The notes beneath the pieces are model-generated. The model had not been told where the DNA came from, did not search any database, and saw only the letters and a program-made list of their open reading frames with translations. A DNA stretch of 63,492 nt, the filler included, from Squatina squatina (taxonomy: Eukaryota), in the NCBI GenBank assembly GCA_031763465.1. It is 4 parts of 4 records of this genome, joined end to end, with 100 filler letters (N's around TTAATTAATTAA, not from the genome) between each part and the next. Parts side by side here need not be neighbours in the genome. Positions count along the whole stretch, not along the records: positions 1 to 22,245 come from JARFOE010000100.1; 3 more parts are not named here. The stretch is one strand, 5' to 3'. Position numbers and translations under genes: made by a program. Below are positions 11,140-22,301 of this stretch, piece after piece. Numbering within the stretch: the first letter of the stretch is position 1; each line of letters opens with the position of its first letter.

Positions 11140-12050
11140 CATCTACCAGGATGAAAAAATGAGTGTGGTGAAAGTAATGTTCTCAACTTCCAATCTTAGA
11201 ACAAAAAACAAGCCAACAGATGGCGCCAGCGAGCCACACCTGCCCGATTCAAGGACAGTGAACCAGCGGCAGTGAAAGACCAATCTGACAATACACTGCA
11301 GGCCAGCAGAGGTTCGCCAGGGAACCATCGGCAAGGAGACACCCCGAGGACGGATGAGCCCCAATAGCGCTGGGGTATAAAGGATCGCCTGGGCAGCGCG
11401 CAGAAAGGAAATTGAACGGAGCCAACTTTGCACGAGTCCCGTTGCTCCAGTTGGAACCCCCTGTGCGTTCTGTGCAGTCACTAATTTACTCCCAAGTGCG
11501 GATAACATCTGTGCCTTCAGCTGGATTTAATTTCTTGGTTCACATACATCCAGATTGCACCACGACTGACACATCTGCCCAGCTGTGTGACCCTGTTGTG
11601 ACCCCGGCAAAAGTTTTAGCCAGTTTCACGAGTACAACATCTGGCAGAGGCACAGGGCCCATTCACCACCTGACACTAGAATCCCGCCTTGGGTGGGGGC
11701 AGAGCATGTAATTTGGCGCTGAGCTCTCTGCAGCGATGAGCTGGCCGAGGCAGGCTTTACTTTGTGAAAGTATCTGGAGCTCAGCAGGGTCATAAGAGGT
11801 AGGTTCCTCACACACTGAAGTCTCACATTCACACACTCTTCAGCGTCTTCTTGCTATGTGAAATACAACAAATGACCAGCTAAGACAGGAGGACCATGGA
11901 GGGCACGGTCCAGGCTCAGGGGGAGGAGGTTCAACTTGACAGAGAGTTTCACTTCCACCAGACCCAGCTTGGCTACTGAAACGTGTCAGAGGCCCAGTGG
12001 CCTCTGTGGAGCAGCCAAGATAACATAGGCCATTGCATATGCTCTAAAAT
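11140..12050 (-). pseudogene. Possible degraded Kelch-like (BACK plus kelch) gene remnant
   Basis: Frameshift-joined minus-strand peptides LVEVKLSVKLNLLPLSL, LQCVR.LPLMT/PAELQILS, PTQGGILVSGGE and NWLKLLP occur in BACK-then-kelch order. Confidence 0.3.
11211..11229 (+). promoter_or_regulatory. CTCF-like motif
   Basis: agccaacagatggcgccag resembles the CTCF consensus CCASYAGRKGGCRS. Motif match only. Confidence 0.35.
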
Positions 12051-12054
12051 ATCC

Positions 12055-12173
12055 ATAGAAACATAGAAACATAGAAAATAGGTGCAGGAGTAGGCCATAG
12101 GCCCTTCGAGCCTGCACCGCCATTCAATATGATCATGGCTGATCATCCAACTCAGTACCCTGTACCTGCTTTC
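12055..12173 (-). mobile_element. CR1 3' terminus with (CATAGAAA)n microsatellite tail
   Basis: catagaaacatagaaacatagaaaataggtgcaggagtaggccat...cgagcctgcaccgccattcaat. Confidence 0.85.
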
Positions 12174-12539
12174 NNNNNNNNNNNNNNNNNNNNNNNNNNN
12201 NNNNNNNNNNNNNNNNNNNNNNNNNNNNNNNNNNNNNNNNNNNNNNNNNNNNNNNNNNNNNNNNNNNNNNNNNACTAAGCTCCACTTAAAAGCACAGATT
12301 TCCTCAAAGCCGTCCCTTTAGGCTTATTCGGAAAAGGTAATTAAGAACAGTCCTGGTTATAAAATGCATTAATGTATGACATAATAATAATGTCCTGTCA
12401 CTATAAAACAGTGCAGATGTAGCAAGAGGAACATCACGGGATATCAACTTGTGCCTTCTATAAACACAGAATCAGGGAACTTTCCAAAACAGCAATAACT
12501 TAATTAAAATGGTGTAAGAATTGCTCATTAAACTGTTCA

Positions 12540-12950
12540 CTTCCTTGTATCATTTACACCCCGCGCCTCCTTCCAACCGCACTTCCTTCTATGCCCACCC
12601 CGGGAAAAGAATTCTCCCCCAAGTCACTTACAACAGCACTTTCAAATTCCTAACTGTCTAGCCTTTGGTTCTCCATTCATCACAACATTTTTGCAGCTAG
12701 TGATCTGGTCAATCACACCCTCATCTCCACCTTCGATGCTTTTGTCCCCATTAAAACCATTACTCTCTTGGTCGTTCCCCTGGAATGGCCCTCATCTCCA
12801 CTCCCTTAAGTTCAAGGGACGCAGACTTAAACATCTATGGTGGACAACTGGCTTAACCATTCATCAGCAGACCTGGTTAAACCACATAAAGCACCATCAG
12901 GTCCTGCTCTACTCTGCCAAAACTGGTCACTATTTCAGGATCATCCTGGA
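12540..12950 (+). mobile_element. L2 LINE ORF2 fragment
   Basis: Same family region as 16472-17042 (tccaccttcgatgct..., GRRLKHLWWTTGL). Confidence 0.7.
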
Positions 12951-12964
12951 ACACACCTTTCTCA

Positions 12965-13385
12965 GAGGTAGTAGAGTTTTTCCAAGAAAGGGTAGACCAG
13001 GAAAAGTTAAAGGTTGACAAGGCAAAAAACTTGCTGGCCTACAGGGCACATTATTGCGCTCAGAGAGATGATGAGTTGATTAAGCAAAAGGAGGAGGAGA
13101 CTAAAAATCTGAAACAGCAACCGGAAGAAATGCGGTCCCAAAATGACCAAGAGATTGATGAATTGAACTGGGGAGATTTGTAAGCTGTAACTAGGGGCCG
13201 AAAAATCAGCCTTGTTATTACAACAACATAGCATGAATAGTTTAAATAAGGGAGCAGCCCTGGCCAAGGTGCAAGAAATCCGATGGGAGCGCGATATGTG
13301 TAAAAGGAAAAATGAATAATGAGAACAGGAGTTGGAAGATGCTGTGGGAGCGTTAAGAGAGACAGTTAAACAGTCTGGTAGTGAT
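12965..13385 (+). mobile_element. Possible LTR-retroelement gag coiled-coil remnant
   Basis: Stop-interrupted heptad-like peptide ...ALAKVQEIRWERDMCKRKNE**EQELEDAVGALRETVKQSGSD, with no splice signals noticed. Confidence 0.3.
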
Positions 13386-13775
13386 NNNNNNNNNNNNNNN
13401 NNNNNNNNNNNNNNNNNNNNNNNNNNNNNNNNNNNNNNNNNNNNNNNNNNNNNNNNNNNNNNNNNNNNNNNNNNNNNNNNNNNNNCATACAAAAACAAAA
13501 AAACTGGTTGGCTTAAAATCTAAAATTTACCTGTGAATGCATCCCATTCGGTGAATATAATCCAATGCCTTCAGGACTCCGTAAAAAATATGCGCAATGA
13601 GACTTTCACTCATGCCTTCAGTAAAATATAACTTTAGGAGGCTGTTGGCAGAACCTACACACGGTCAGAAAGGCAAGCTCAGGACATGTTTATTGATTAA
13701 ATGTGGCTTTTAAGTACAAAATGCATACACAGCAAATCATAACAGAACAAGCTCCCAGTCCAGGTTTTATCTTAC

Positions 13776-13884
13776 CGTAAGCTGTAAATGTCATAATGAC
13801 CCACAACTCGCTGCCCTCTGCAAAAACGGCTCTGTGTGGCAGGATGTTTGGGTGCCGGAATAATTGCCAGATGAGAAGTTCATT
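13776..13884 (-). CDS. STRADB: STE20-related kinase adapter beta, internal exon (109 nt)
   Basis: tttcag|NELLIWQLFRHPNILPHRAVFAEGSELWVIMTFTAY G|gtaag matches the STRAD pseudokinase HPNI...LWV..FMAYG region. Paralogue chosen from adjacency to TRAK2. Confidence 0.85.
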
Positions 13885-14129
13885 CTGAAAGCAGTGTAAA
13901 TTCTCTAGGTAAGGCATGGCACGTTCAGGGCATGGTTGTGACCATGGTCAGGAAAACACAAATAATAATAGCTTTCTGCACATGGAGAGAAAGCTGCATT
14001 CTTCCCTGAACACATCAGCAATAGTTTTGCTTTGGCTGTTCTTTACTTCAATACTTACCAGATCTCTGGAAAAATCATGGCTATGTAATGTCACGTTGCA
14101 TGGATCCTGTAACTCATTAATTCATTGAG

Positions 14130-14400
14130 GAGTGGGTTTGATGACTGATATTTACCTGGAATTTGTCTAGATAGCAATTGGTGTGCTACAATTGGCTTCA
14201 ACACTCCTGTGTAAGGGGTGGGTGGGAGAAAGAGGTCAGCCAGTTTTCATATCCCAATTTCTATCTAGTGACCCCCTACTGGAAAGTATGCGTGTGTATA
14301 TGGACATCAAATGAGGTCACAGTTCACATAAAATCGTCAACATTCACATGTGAAAAAGGGACATTAAGTAAGTTATCAAAGGGTCACTGGCTTCAGGGAA
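14130..14400 (+). mobile_element. Degenerate SINE-like repeat (second copy near 17375-17480)
   Basis: Shared gggtttgat...ctacaattg..ttca..actcctg...cagccag segments between the two copies. Confidence 0.45.
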
Positions 14401-15132
14401 GAGGGAGCAGGTGAACAGTTGGGAGATGCATATTAGGATACTTATTCAGATATCTCTATGCAACCATTCAATTAATTCTTAAAAGCTATGAGCTCAATTA
14501 ACCAATATTTTGTACATTTAAAAAAAACCTTTATCTTGTCAATATGTAAGACAGTTTTGCTTAATTTCATGGCTATTGGTTAGGGGGAGCAAGAGGAGGA
14601 AAGGAAGTTCATTAACTTAGACTGTCCACCTGTCCACAGTGCCCACCTAATGCCAGTCCAAATTACATTGGCTTGAACCTGCCAACCTGAAGCCGTCATC
14701 ACAAAGGAATGTTTTTTATGTATAAGCTCTGTTTTGTGGTGATGCCCAGTTTTGTATTTTAGCCTTAAAATGAAATCTTGACAATGTGTTAGAAGTATGC
14801 TGCTGTCTACTTTCTGCCCTGTACTTTCACAATTTTCTGTTTTGAATGCATGCCCTGTTAATTCTATCTGGTTACTTAGGGTTGATGCTGATCATTAGAG
14901 AGGCCATTCCATTGCACTTATGTGAGCATCAAGGACTGCGTTACATGGCTTCAAAGGTGATGCCTTTTACACATGTATGTCTATTGATGTCCAGTTGCAC
15001 TGAAGAGTGCAAGTGATGAGGGTATTTTGTTANNNNNNNNNNNNNNNNNNNNNNNNNNNNNNNNNNNNNNNNNNNNNNNNNNNNNNNNNNNNNNNNNNNN
15101 NNNNNNNNNNNNNNNNNNNNNNNNNNNNNNNN

Positions 15133-15245
15133 AGCAGTCAATTTGTGCACAGCAAGTTCCCACAAACAGCAATGTGATAATGGCCGGGCAATCTGTTTAG
15201 GGATAAATATTGGCCAGGACACCGGGGAAAAATCCTCTTCCCCTG
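15133..15245 (-). mobile_element. Deu-domain SINE (SacSINE1-like) fragment
   Basis: Reverse complement of tgtttgtgggaacttgctgtgcacaaattgactgc, as in 17590-18030. Confidence 0.8.
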
Positions 15246-15320
15246 CACATTTCTCTTCTGGTTCACTTGTTTTCCATATTTTTCAGTTGCCTGTCGTTCA
15301 GTCCATATTCTTTCCATTAG

Positions 15321-15530
15321 GTTAACCAACTGCAGCACGAGCTGTCCAAAAAGGATGAGCTCCTACGAATGGTGGCCAATGCTTCAGAGGAGAGTGAATC
15401 TGACTCCAGCTGCTCCACACCTCTCCGCCATAATGAGTCCTTTCATCTGTCTCACAGTTTGATGCAGCTGGATGCTTTGCAGAGTAAATTGCGAGAACTA
15501 GAGGACGAAAATCTCTCTCTCCGTTCTGAG
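15321..15530 (+). CDS. TRAK2: Trafficking kinesin protein 2, internal exon (210 nt, HAP1_N coiled coil)
   Basis: cattag|VNQLQHELSKKDELLRMVANASEESESDSSCSTPLRHNESFHLSHSLMQLDALQSKLRELEDENLSLRSE|gtatgt. Confidence 0.93.
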
Positions 15531-16284
15531 GTATGTAATGGTGGGCTGGACCCCATTTAGAATAACTAATAACATGTGCACCACAAATCTGAGACAAGTT
15601 ACTGGCTTAGTTGTACATGTCCATGTTTACTGAAGCACTTTGACACACACATTGTTGTCTGTGAAGGATATGCTGATCGGGATAGATGAAGTAGGGTGGG
15701 AGGGGACTTGTGGTGCATAAACACTGGCACAGACCAGTTGGCTTAAATGGCCTGTTCCTCTGCTGCAAATTCGATATAATTCTATGTTTTGCAGTGGGTT
15801 AATTTCATTCGGGTCACTTCAGGTTATTTAGACTTTTTAAAATTCCAAGTTACCAATAAGGTTCAGATGTTGCTGCTTGAATAGGTTTTCAAAATAAGGC
15901 AACTTTGTATTAATGGATTTGGATAAAGGAGGAGGATGTCTTCCCCCTCTCTTTCATGCAGCTGTTGATGGGTTTAAGGATCATCTTTCACTTGATCATC
16001 AGAGAAAGGGTACAGAAAGATGCAAGTAATTGTGCACAGTAGTGTACCCTTGGCCATAACAGGGATCGACTTGGCACCTTGCATTTCTGTCGCCATTTTG
16101 TCGAGTGGATTGGAAGCGGCAGCTGCAGCGATGTGCTGAGGTAGGTGTCTGCATTCGAGTCCCATGGGCAGCTGGGAGAGGCAACCTGCCCCAGTGTACC
16201 AACGTCAAATTGCCAAATGTGCCCTCACTTCGATGGAAGGCTTTCTGTTGGCATGCAGGGTTTAGACTCTTATCTTCATGTTGC

Positions 16285-16371
16285 ATAAGAAATAGGAGCA
16301 GGAGTGGGCCATACAGCCCCTCGAACTTGCTCCGCCATTCAATAAGATCATGGCTGACCATCGACCTCAAC
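16285..16371 (-). mobile_element. CR1 3' terminus
   Basis: cataagaaataggagcaggagtgggccatacagcccctcgaacttgctccgccattc. Confidence 0.8.
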
Positions 16372-16471
16372 NNNNNNNNNNNNNNNNNNNNNNNNNNNNN
16401 NNNNNNNNNNNNNNNNNNNNNNNNNNNNNNNNNNNNNNNNNNNNNNNNNNNNNNNNNNNNNNNNNNNNNNN

Positions 16472-17042
16472 ATTTTTTGAGGATGGGGGTGATGATGGCA
16501 AATTTGAAGGAGAGGGGAACAGTACTTGAGGAGAGAGAACCGTTAACAACATCCACTAATATGGGAGCCAGAAAAGGAAGTTTGGTGGTCAGCAGTTTAG
16601 TGGGATTTGGATCGAGGGAGCAGGAAGTAGGTCGCATGGACAAGGTGAGCTTGGAGGGGGCATGAGGGGAGATCAGAGTGAAACTGGAGAAAGATGCGAA
16701 TTCAGGGGTAGTGCAGGGGGGAATCTCAGAGGAAATTTGGCCCAGTGGTCTAGGGGAAGGAAGGGAAATGGCAGAAGCAGCTGATTGGATGGTCTCAATC
16801 TTAGAAACAAAGAAGTCCATGAGCTCCTTGTGTTTGTTGGTGGCGGTGAGGGTGGAGGAGATGGGGAGAGGGATTGAAGAAGATGGTTAGCAGTGGAGAA
16901 AAGAAGTTGTGGGTTACCTTTGCATTCCAGACTGATCTGGAATAGTGAGCAATTTTGGCAGACGAGAGCAGGACCCAATAATATTTTATGTGATCCAGCC
17001 AGATCTGGCAGATAATGGCTAAAGCAGTTGTCCATCATATCC
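16472..17042 (-). mobile_element. L2 LINE ORF2 fragment
   Basis: DFFVSKIETI...MRPTSCSLDPNPTKLL...VNGSLSSSTVPLSFKFAIITPILKK. Confidence 0.9.
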
Positions 17043-17589
17043 NNNNNNNNNNNNNNNNNNNNNNNNNNNNNNNNNNNNNNNNNNNNNNNNNNNNNNNNNN
17101 NNNNNNNNNNNNNNNNNNNNNNNNNNNNNNNNNNNNNNNNNNATTTATATTGTCCTCCACCTTTGAACTTGAAGCATTATTCTAGAAACCGCTGTCAATC
17201 TGAGCAAAGGAGTCCCAGCAGAACAGAGAATTATTGTTCCCTTGAAGTCTTTCTCACAGGCCATAGGGACTGCAGCGAATACGACCACCATTCATAAATT
17301 CTAGCCAGTCTTTATAGTTCAGGAGAAACAATGCTGTATTCAGTTACTGCTTCGGTTAAATTGTTTTTTCCCATCAGATCCTGGGTTTGATTCCTGCACT
17401 GTGCTGGTTTCAGCCAGCTGTCTACAATTGAGTTCAGTACTCCTGCTTCAAGAAGAGTCCCAAACAGCCAGAATTGTGTGAGTGTGAAGCTAAAAATGGA
17501 TCTCTCAATGGAAATGAACGGGAACTGGCTGCTTCCCCTCTCAATTAATAAGATTACCTCGTTCAGACTATATGCTGATATTCTAAGCT

Positions 17590-18030
17590 GGTGTCAGCCT
17601 CTGAGTCAGAAGGTTATGGGTGCAAGCCCCATTCCGGAAACCTAAGCTCAAAATCTAGGCTGACACTCTAGTTCGGTACTGAGGAAGTTTTGCACTGTTG
17701 GAGGTGCTGTCTTTCAAATGAGACATTAAACCAAGGCCCTGACTGCTCTCTCAGGTAGATGTAAAAGATCCCACGGCACTATTTGAAGAAGAGCAGGGGA
17801 GTTCTCCTCCAGTGTCCTGGGCAATATTTATCCTTCAACCAACATCACTAAATCAGATTATCTCGTCATTATCATGTTGTTTGTGGGACTTCGCTGTGCA
17901 CAAATTGGCTGCCACGTTTCCTACATTACAACAGTCACTGCACCTCAAAAGGTACTTTATTAGCTGTAAAGTGCTTTGGAAGGTCATGAGTTTGTGAAAG
18001 GCACTGTATAAAAACAAGTCTCTCTTTTTA
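17590..18030 (+). mobile_element. Near full-length tRNA-derived Deu-domain SINE (SacSINE1/AmnSINE1-related) with L2-like tail
   Basis: tRNA-like head (ctgagtcagaaggttatgggtgcaagcc), Deu core (atgagacattaaaccaaggccc...gtaaaagatcccacggcactatttgaagaagagcagggga) and L2 tail. Confidence 0.85.
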
Positions 18031-18238
18031 TGAATACAACAAATTGTACATTAGATGTAGTACTCCAGCCACTGAGACAACTCTCTCCAGCACCAGCTTA
18101 ACTGCCTTACACAAATCTTTGGAGTGTTTGGTAATTGACTGAATGGCCATTTCCCTTTTCTGACTTTATGTTCTGACTCATGACTAGGGTTATTTTTCTA
18201 TGTTCTTCTGATACAACAGTGTTTATGAAAGAAATAAT

Positions 18239-18987
18239 GGCCTGGATTTTCCGTGGCCTACGACCGTGTACGCAGTACATACGCAGCCATATGTGCCTTG
18301 CAAGTTCTGGGTTTATGCATGGGCTGCGCATGCGTGAAAACCCGGAACTTGCAATCTGTCAAGAATCTTCTTGACAGATCCTCCGCATGCGCAGGAAATG
18401 GACATTCGCTGGATGAGAGTTGGGCTTTTTGCCCAACTTTTGCCCATCGAATGCCCGTGAAACTCTTACATCTGGTAAAAGCAGGTGCAAGGCCTTCTTT
18501 TACCAGCATAAGCATGAAAATAAATATTAAAATAAAATTTTAAAAATCATTTTAACATTCAAAAACCTGTAAAATAAGTTTGTGTTATTTTTGACCCGTT
18601 AATAAATGATTAAATTTAAATTTCAAACAATTACATTTTTGTTTTAAATGTTTAATGAAATTGAATTTTAACTAATTTTAAACGTGTAATGATTTTTTTT
18701 ATTTCATGGTTGTGTACATGCATTTTTTGAGTAATTCCGATTACACTTATGGGGGTTCCATAGGTAAATGGGGATTCCCTTTCTGATTGGTTGGGCCGGC
18801 TCATGTGATCTATGGGACGCTTGCGAGCCGCCTGCGCTCATGAGATACGTGGGCCTCTACGCAGGCCTGCGTGTAGAGGCCCGGGAGTAGGAGTCTCCGA
18901 GGATCCAGGAACATCAGGTAGGTGCGTAGATTTATTGCCGTTTGGAGGCATCCGCCCGCGGGAAGCCTTCGACTGCAAATCCGGGCC
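18239..18987. mobile_element. Non-autonomous DNA transposon (MITE, PIF/Harbinger-like TIRs)
   Basis: Ends ggcctggattttcc ... gcaaatccgggcc, GC-rich arms and an AT-rich core. Confidence 0.75.
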
Positions 18988-19296
18988 TGATATGGGTTAG
19001 TTTCTTTAAACCTCTAAGGATTTTTTTTTTAAAGTCTTGCATGGGGCTCGCACTTCGATCCACAAACTTGTCATGGCTTATGGTCATGCTTTTGTGCCAG
19101 CATTTCTCATTGGCAACCATTTGCCAGTCAATTTTGCTATGCCAAGCGTCACACTGCAATTACAGGCTCTGGCAATTCAGTGGCACTGTAGAGCGAGTTT
19201 CTGAAGCCTGACAATTCCATTGTGATCTATATAACTATGGTCATCAACTGATTTTGGGCATCGCTGCGGGCTATTTAGTCGCGCTAACAAAATATT

Positions 19297-20206
19297 GCGG
19301 CTGAAATTGCTGTCGGAGCCTTCCCGCAGGCCTCCAACCGGAGAGATCGTACGAACTTCCCTGATGGTCTGGAGGCTGCGAAAACTTGCGTTCTTGGGCC
19401 TCCACAGGTAGGCAGGCGGAGCGGCCCTGGGATCTCTCCAGCCTATCGCATACACTGGTGAGATCACGTGGGAGGCCCCAACCATTCAGATAGGAGTATC
19501 TCCCATTCATGCTTTTACACATCTGTCATAAACGTAGATTTGCAGAAGCATGAATGGGAGGTAGTAAAACTGCACAATTACTTAAAAATACACTTTAAAA
19601 ACTACNNNNNNNNNNNNNNNNNNNNNNNNNNNNNNNNNNNNNNNNNNNNNNNNNNNNNNNNNNNNNNNNNNNNNNNNNNNNNNNNNNNNNNNNNNNNNNN
19701 NNNNNNNNNNNNNNNNNNNNNNNNNNNNNNNNNNNNNNNNNNNNNNNNNNNNNNNNNNNNNNNNNNNNNNNNNNNNNNNNNNNNNNNNNNNNNNNNNNNN
19801 NNNNNNNNNNNNNNNNNNNNNNNNNNNNNNNNNNNNNNNNNNNNNNNNNNNNNNNNNNNNNNNNNNNNNNNNNNNNNNNNNNNNNNNNNNNNNNNNNNNN
19901 NNNNNNNNNNNNNNNNNNNNNNNNNNNNNNNNNNNNNNNNNNNNNNNNNNNNNNNNNNNNNNNNNNNNNNNNNNNNNNNNNNNNNNNNNNNNNNNNNNNN
20001 NNNNNNNNNNNNNNNNNNNNNNNNNNNNNNNNNNNNNNNNNNNNNNNNNNNNNNNNNNNNNNNNNNNNNNNNNNNNNNNNNNNNNNNNNNNNNNAAACTC
20101 AAACTCGCAAGGTCGCGTGGGTTGAGGACCCTTAGCTAAGTACGTAAATTATTTTGCGATCGGAGGCCTCCGCATGCAGGAAGACTCCGATCGCAATTTC
20201 AGGGCC
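19297..20206. mobile_element. MITE related to 18239-18987, spanning a gap
   Basis: Inverted ends gcggctgaaattgctgtcggagccttcccgca ... tgcaggaagactccgatcgcaatttcagggcc, with ATT on both flanks. Confidence 0.7.
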
Positions 20207-20209
20207 ATT

Positions 20210-20666
20210 AATTCATCTATTTTGTTGCGAATGCTTCGTGCATTCAGATATAGTGCTTTTAGCTTTAATATTTTTCTATTTTTCCCTGATGTCACCTTAG
20301 TCATTAACGTCCTATTATCTTTGTTAAGCTATCTGCCCCTTACTGACCCATTCTGCTTATTTTTACCCAAACTGGTACTCTGCTCTACAGTCTTGACATT
20401 TCTTTTACTGCTTTTGAATTTATTCTTTCCTGAATCGTCCCACCCCACTTAGTTAGCTTAAAGCCCTGTCTACCGCCCTAGTTATTCGATTCCCCAGGAC
20501 ACTGGTCCCAGCCCGGTTTAAGTGGAGTTTGTCCCAATGGAACAGCCCCCTCCTTCTTCAGTACTGATGCCAGTGCTCCATAAATCAAAACCCCTGCCTC
20601 TCACACCACTCTTTCAGCCACGCATTTAACCTTCTAATCTGTTTGTCTCTATGCCAATTTGTGCAT
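20210..20666 (-). mobile_element. CR1 LINE ORF1 (SGNH/GDSL esterase) C-terminal fragment
   Basis: QIRRLNAWLKEWCERQGF...HW...DKLHLNRAGTSVL. Confidence 0.85.
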
Positions 20667-20949
20667 NNNNNNNNNNNNNNNNNNNNNNNNNNNNNNNNNN
20701 NNNNNNNNNNNNNNNNNNNNNNNNNNNNNNNNNNNNNNNNNNNNNNNNNNNNNNNNNNNNNNNNNNCGGAGGCACAAACACAATCTTGCCTGGCCACGGA
20801 GCTGCTAAACTTTAGCGCCTAAAGTTTTCGCCCAGCGAATTTCGCTCGAGGCGCTAAATGGTGATTTATCACCTTAAGAATGTTCAGCGCCCCATTAACG
20901 CCTTAAGCAGACATTAACCCAATTTCGCACAGCGGCTAATTTCACCCCC

Positions 20950-21405
20950 TGTGCCTTTAGCTTTAACTGTTTTCTATTTTTCCCTGATGTCACCTTAGTC
21001 ACTGATATCTATTACCTTTGTTAAGCTCTCTGTCCCTTTCTGACCCACTCTGCTTATGTTTACCCAAATCATTACTCTGCTCTACAGCTTTGACATTTAT
21101 CTTATTGTTTTATATTTACACTTTCCTGAGCCCTCCCATTCCCCATTTTATTAGTTTCAAGCCCGATTTACCACCCTAGTTATTCAATTCACCAGGACAC
21201 TGGTCCAGCCCCGGTTTAAGTGGAGCCTGTCCCAGTACGGGTGCCAGTGCCCCATGAATTGAAACCCCTGCCTCCCACACCACACTTTCAGCCACACATT
21301 TAACTCTCTAATCTGTTTGCCTGTCTGAAAATTTGCATGTGGCTCAGATAATAATCTAGGAATTATTACGTGTGAAGTTCTGCATTTTAATTTTGTCCCT
21401 AGCAC
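20950..21405 (-). mobile_element. CR1 LINE ORF1 esterase fragment, second copy
   Basis: QIRELNVWLKVWCGRQGFQFMGHWHPYWDRLHLNRGWTSVLVN. Confidence 0.85.
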
Positions 21406-22289
21406 NNNNNNNNNNNNNNNNNNNNNNNNNNNNNNNNNNNNNNNNNNNNNNNNNNNNNNNNNNNNNNNNNNNNNNNNNNNNNNNNNNNNNNNNNNNNNNN
21501 NNNNNTAATTTGTATTAACTGTGTGGTTAATTTCAAATAAGCGCAACGCCCATGTAATCTCAACTGAAACAGGCTACTTAATGCACCATTTACAAGAAGT
21601 TGTAAAATTTTTATAAAATATGAATTTAGACATTTACATATGCATGGTTTTAAATGTTCATTCAGGATGCAGTGCAAAGAGGATTAAAATATACTTGTAT
21701 GTCATGTTTTTCCCAACATAAGCATTTAAAAAATGTAAAACCACATTCAAATACCCTTAAGTGCATTGGGGTGTGAAGGTGAAACCCCAGCAGCTTGGGG
21801 TGTTTCACAGCAGAAGTGCCATTCCCTTTGCCCAGTCAAAATGTGGTTTGAGTTCAGTCCCCCAGCTGAAATTCCCTTAAAGTCACAGTTATGATGTCAT
21901 CCAACAACAGGAAATGAGTGGAGCTGGATACCAGCTTCAGAATTCTGGACTGAGCGACCTTGGTGTACTGGTATAAAGTATCTCTTTATGGCTGCAGAAA
22001 ACTTGGGAGTGTTGTATGCCTTTGTGCTTTATAACTGTATCCCAACTCCATTAATTGAACTTGTGGCTTCCATTTCATTCTTGCATCAGTCAGTACGTGA
22101 TCTTGACATAATTTAAACGTATGAGCCTGTTTGATATTATTCGCCACTTGTGGCTTTTGTTTTAATGTCAGCTTTGAGTTGTATGTAGGCATTTCATACT
22201 TTCGGTGTTTTTTAATGTCTCTGTTTAAACTGAAAATATGAATACNNNNNNNNNNNNNNNNNNNNNNNNNNNNNNNNNNNNNNNNNNNN

Positions 22290-22301
22290 TTAATTAATTA
22301 A
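22290..22301. other. Artificial scaffolding linker TTAATTAATTAA
   Basis: Six-frame-stop 12-mer flanked by 44 N on each side. Confidence 0.97.

Noticed and set aside
15999-16820. 273-aa ORF
   Set aside because: An L2 ORF2 piece fused across a gap to a CR1 tail and unrelated sequence.
17184-17305. Possible additional TRAK2 exon after attctag
   Set aside because: None of the frames resembled TRAK sequence I recognise.
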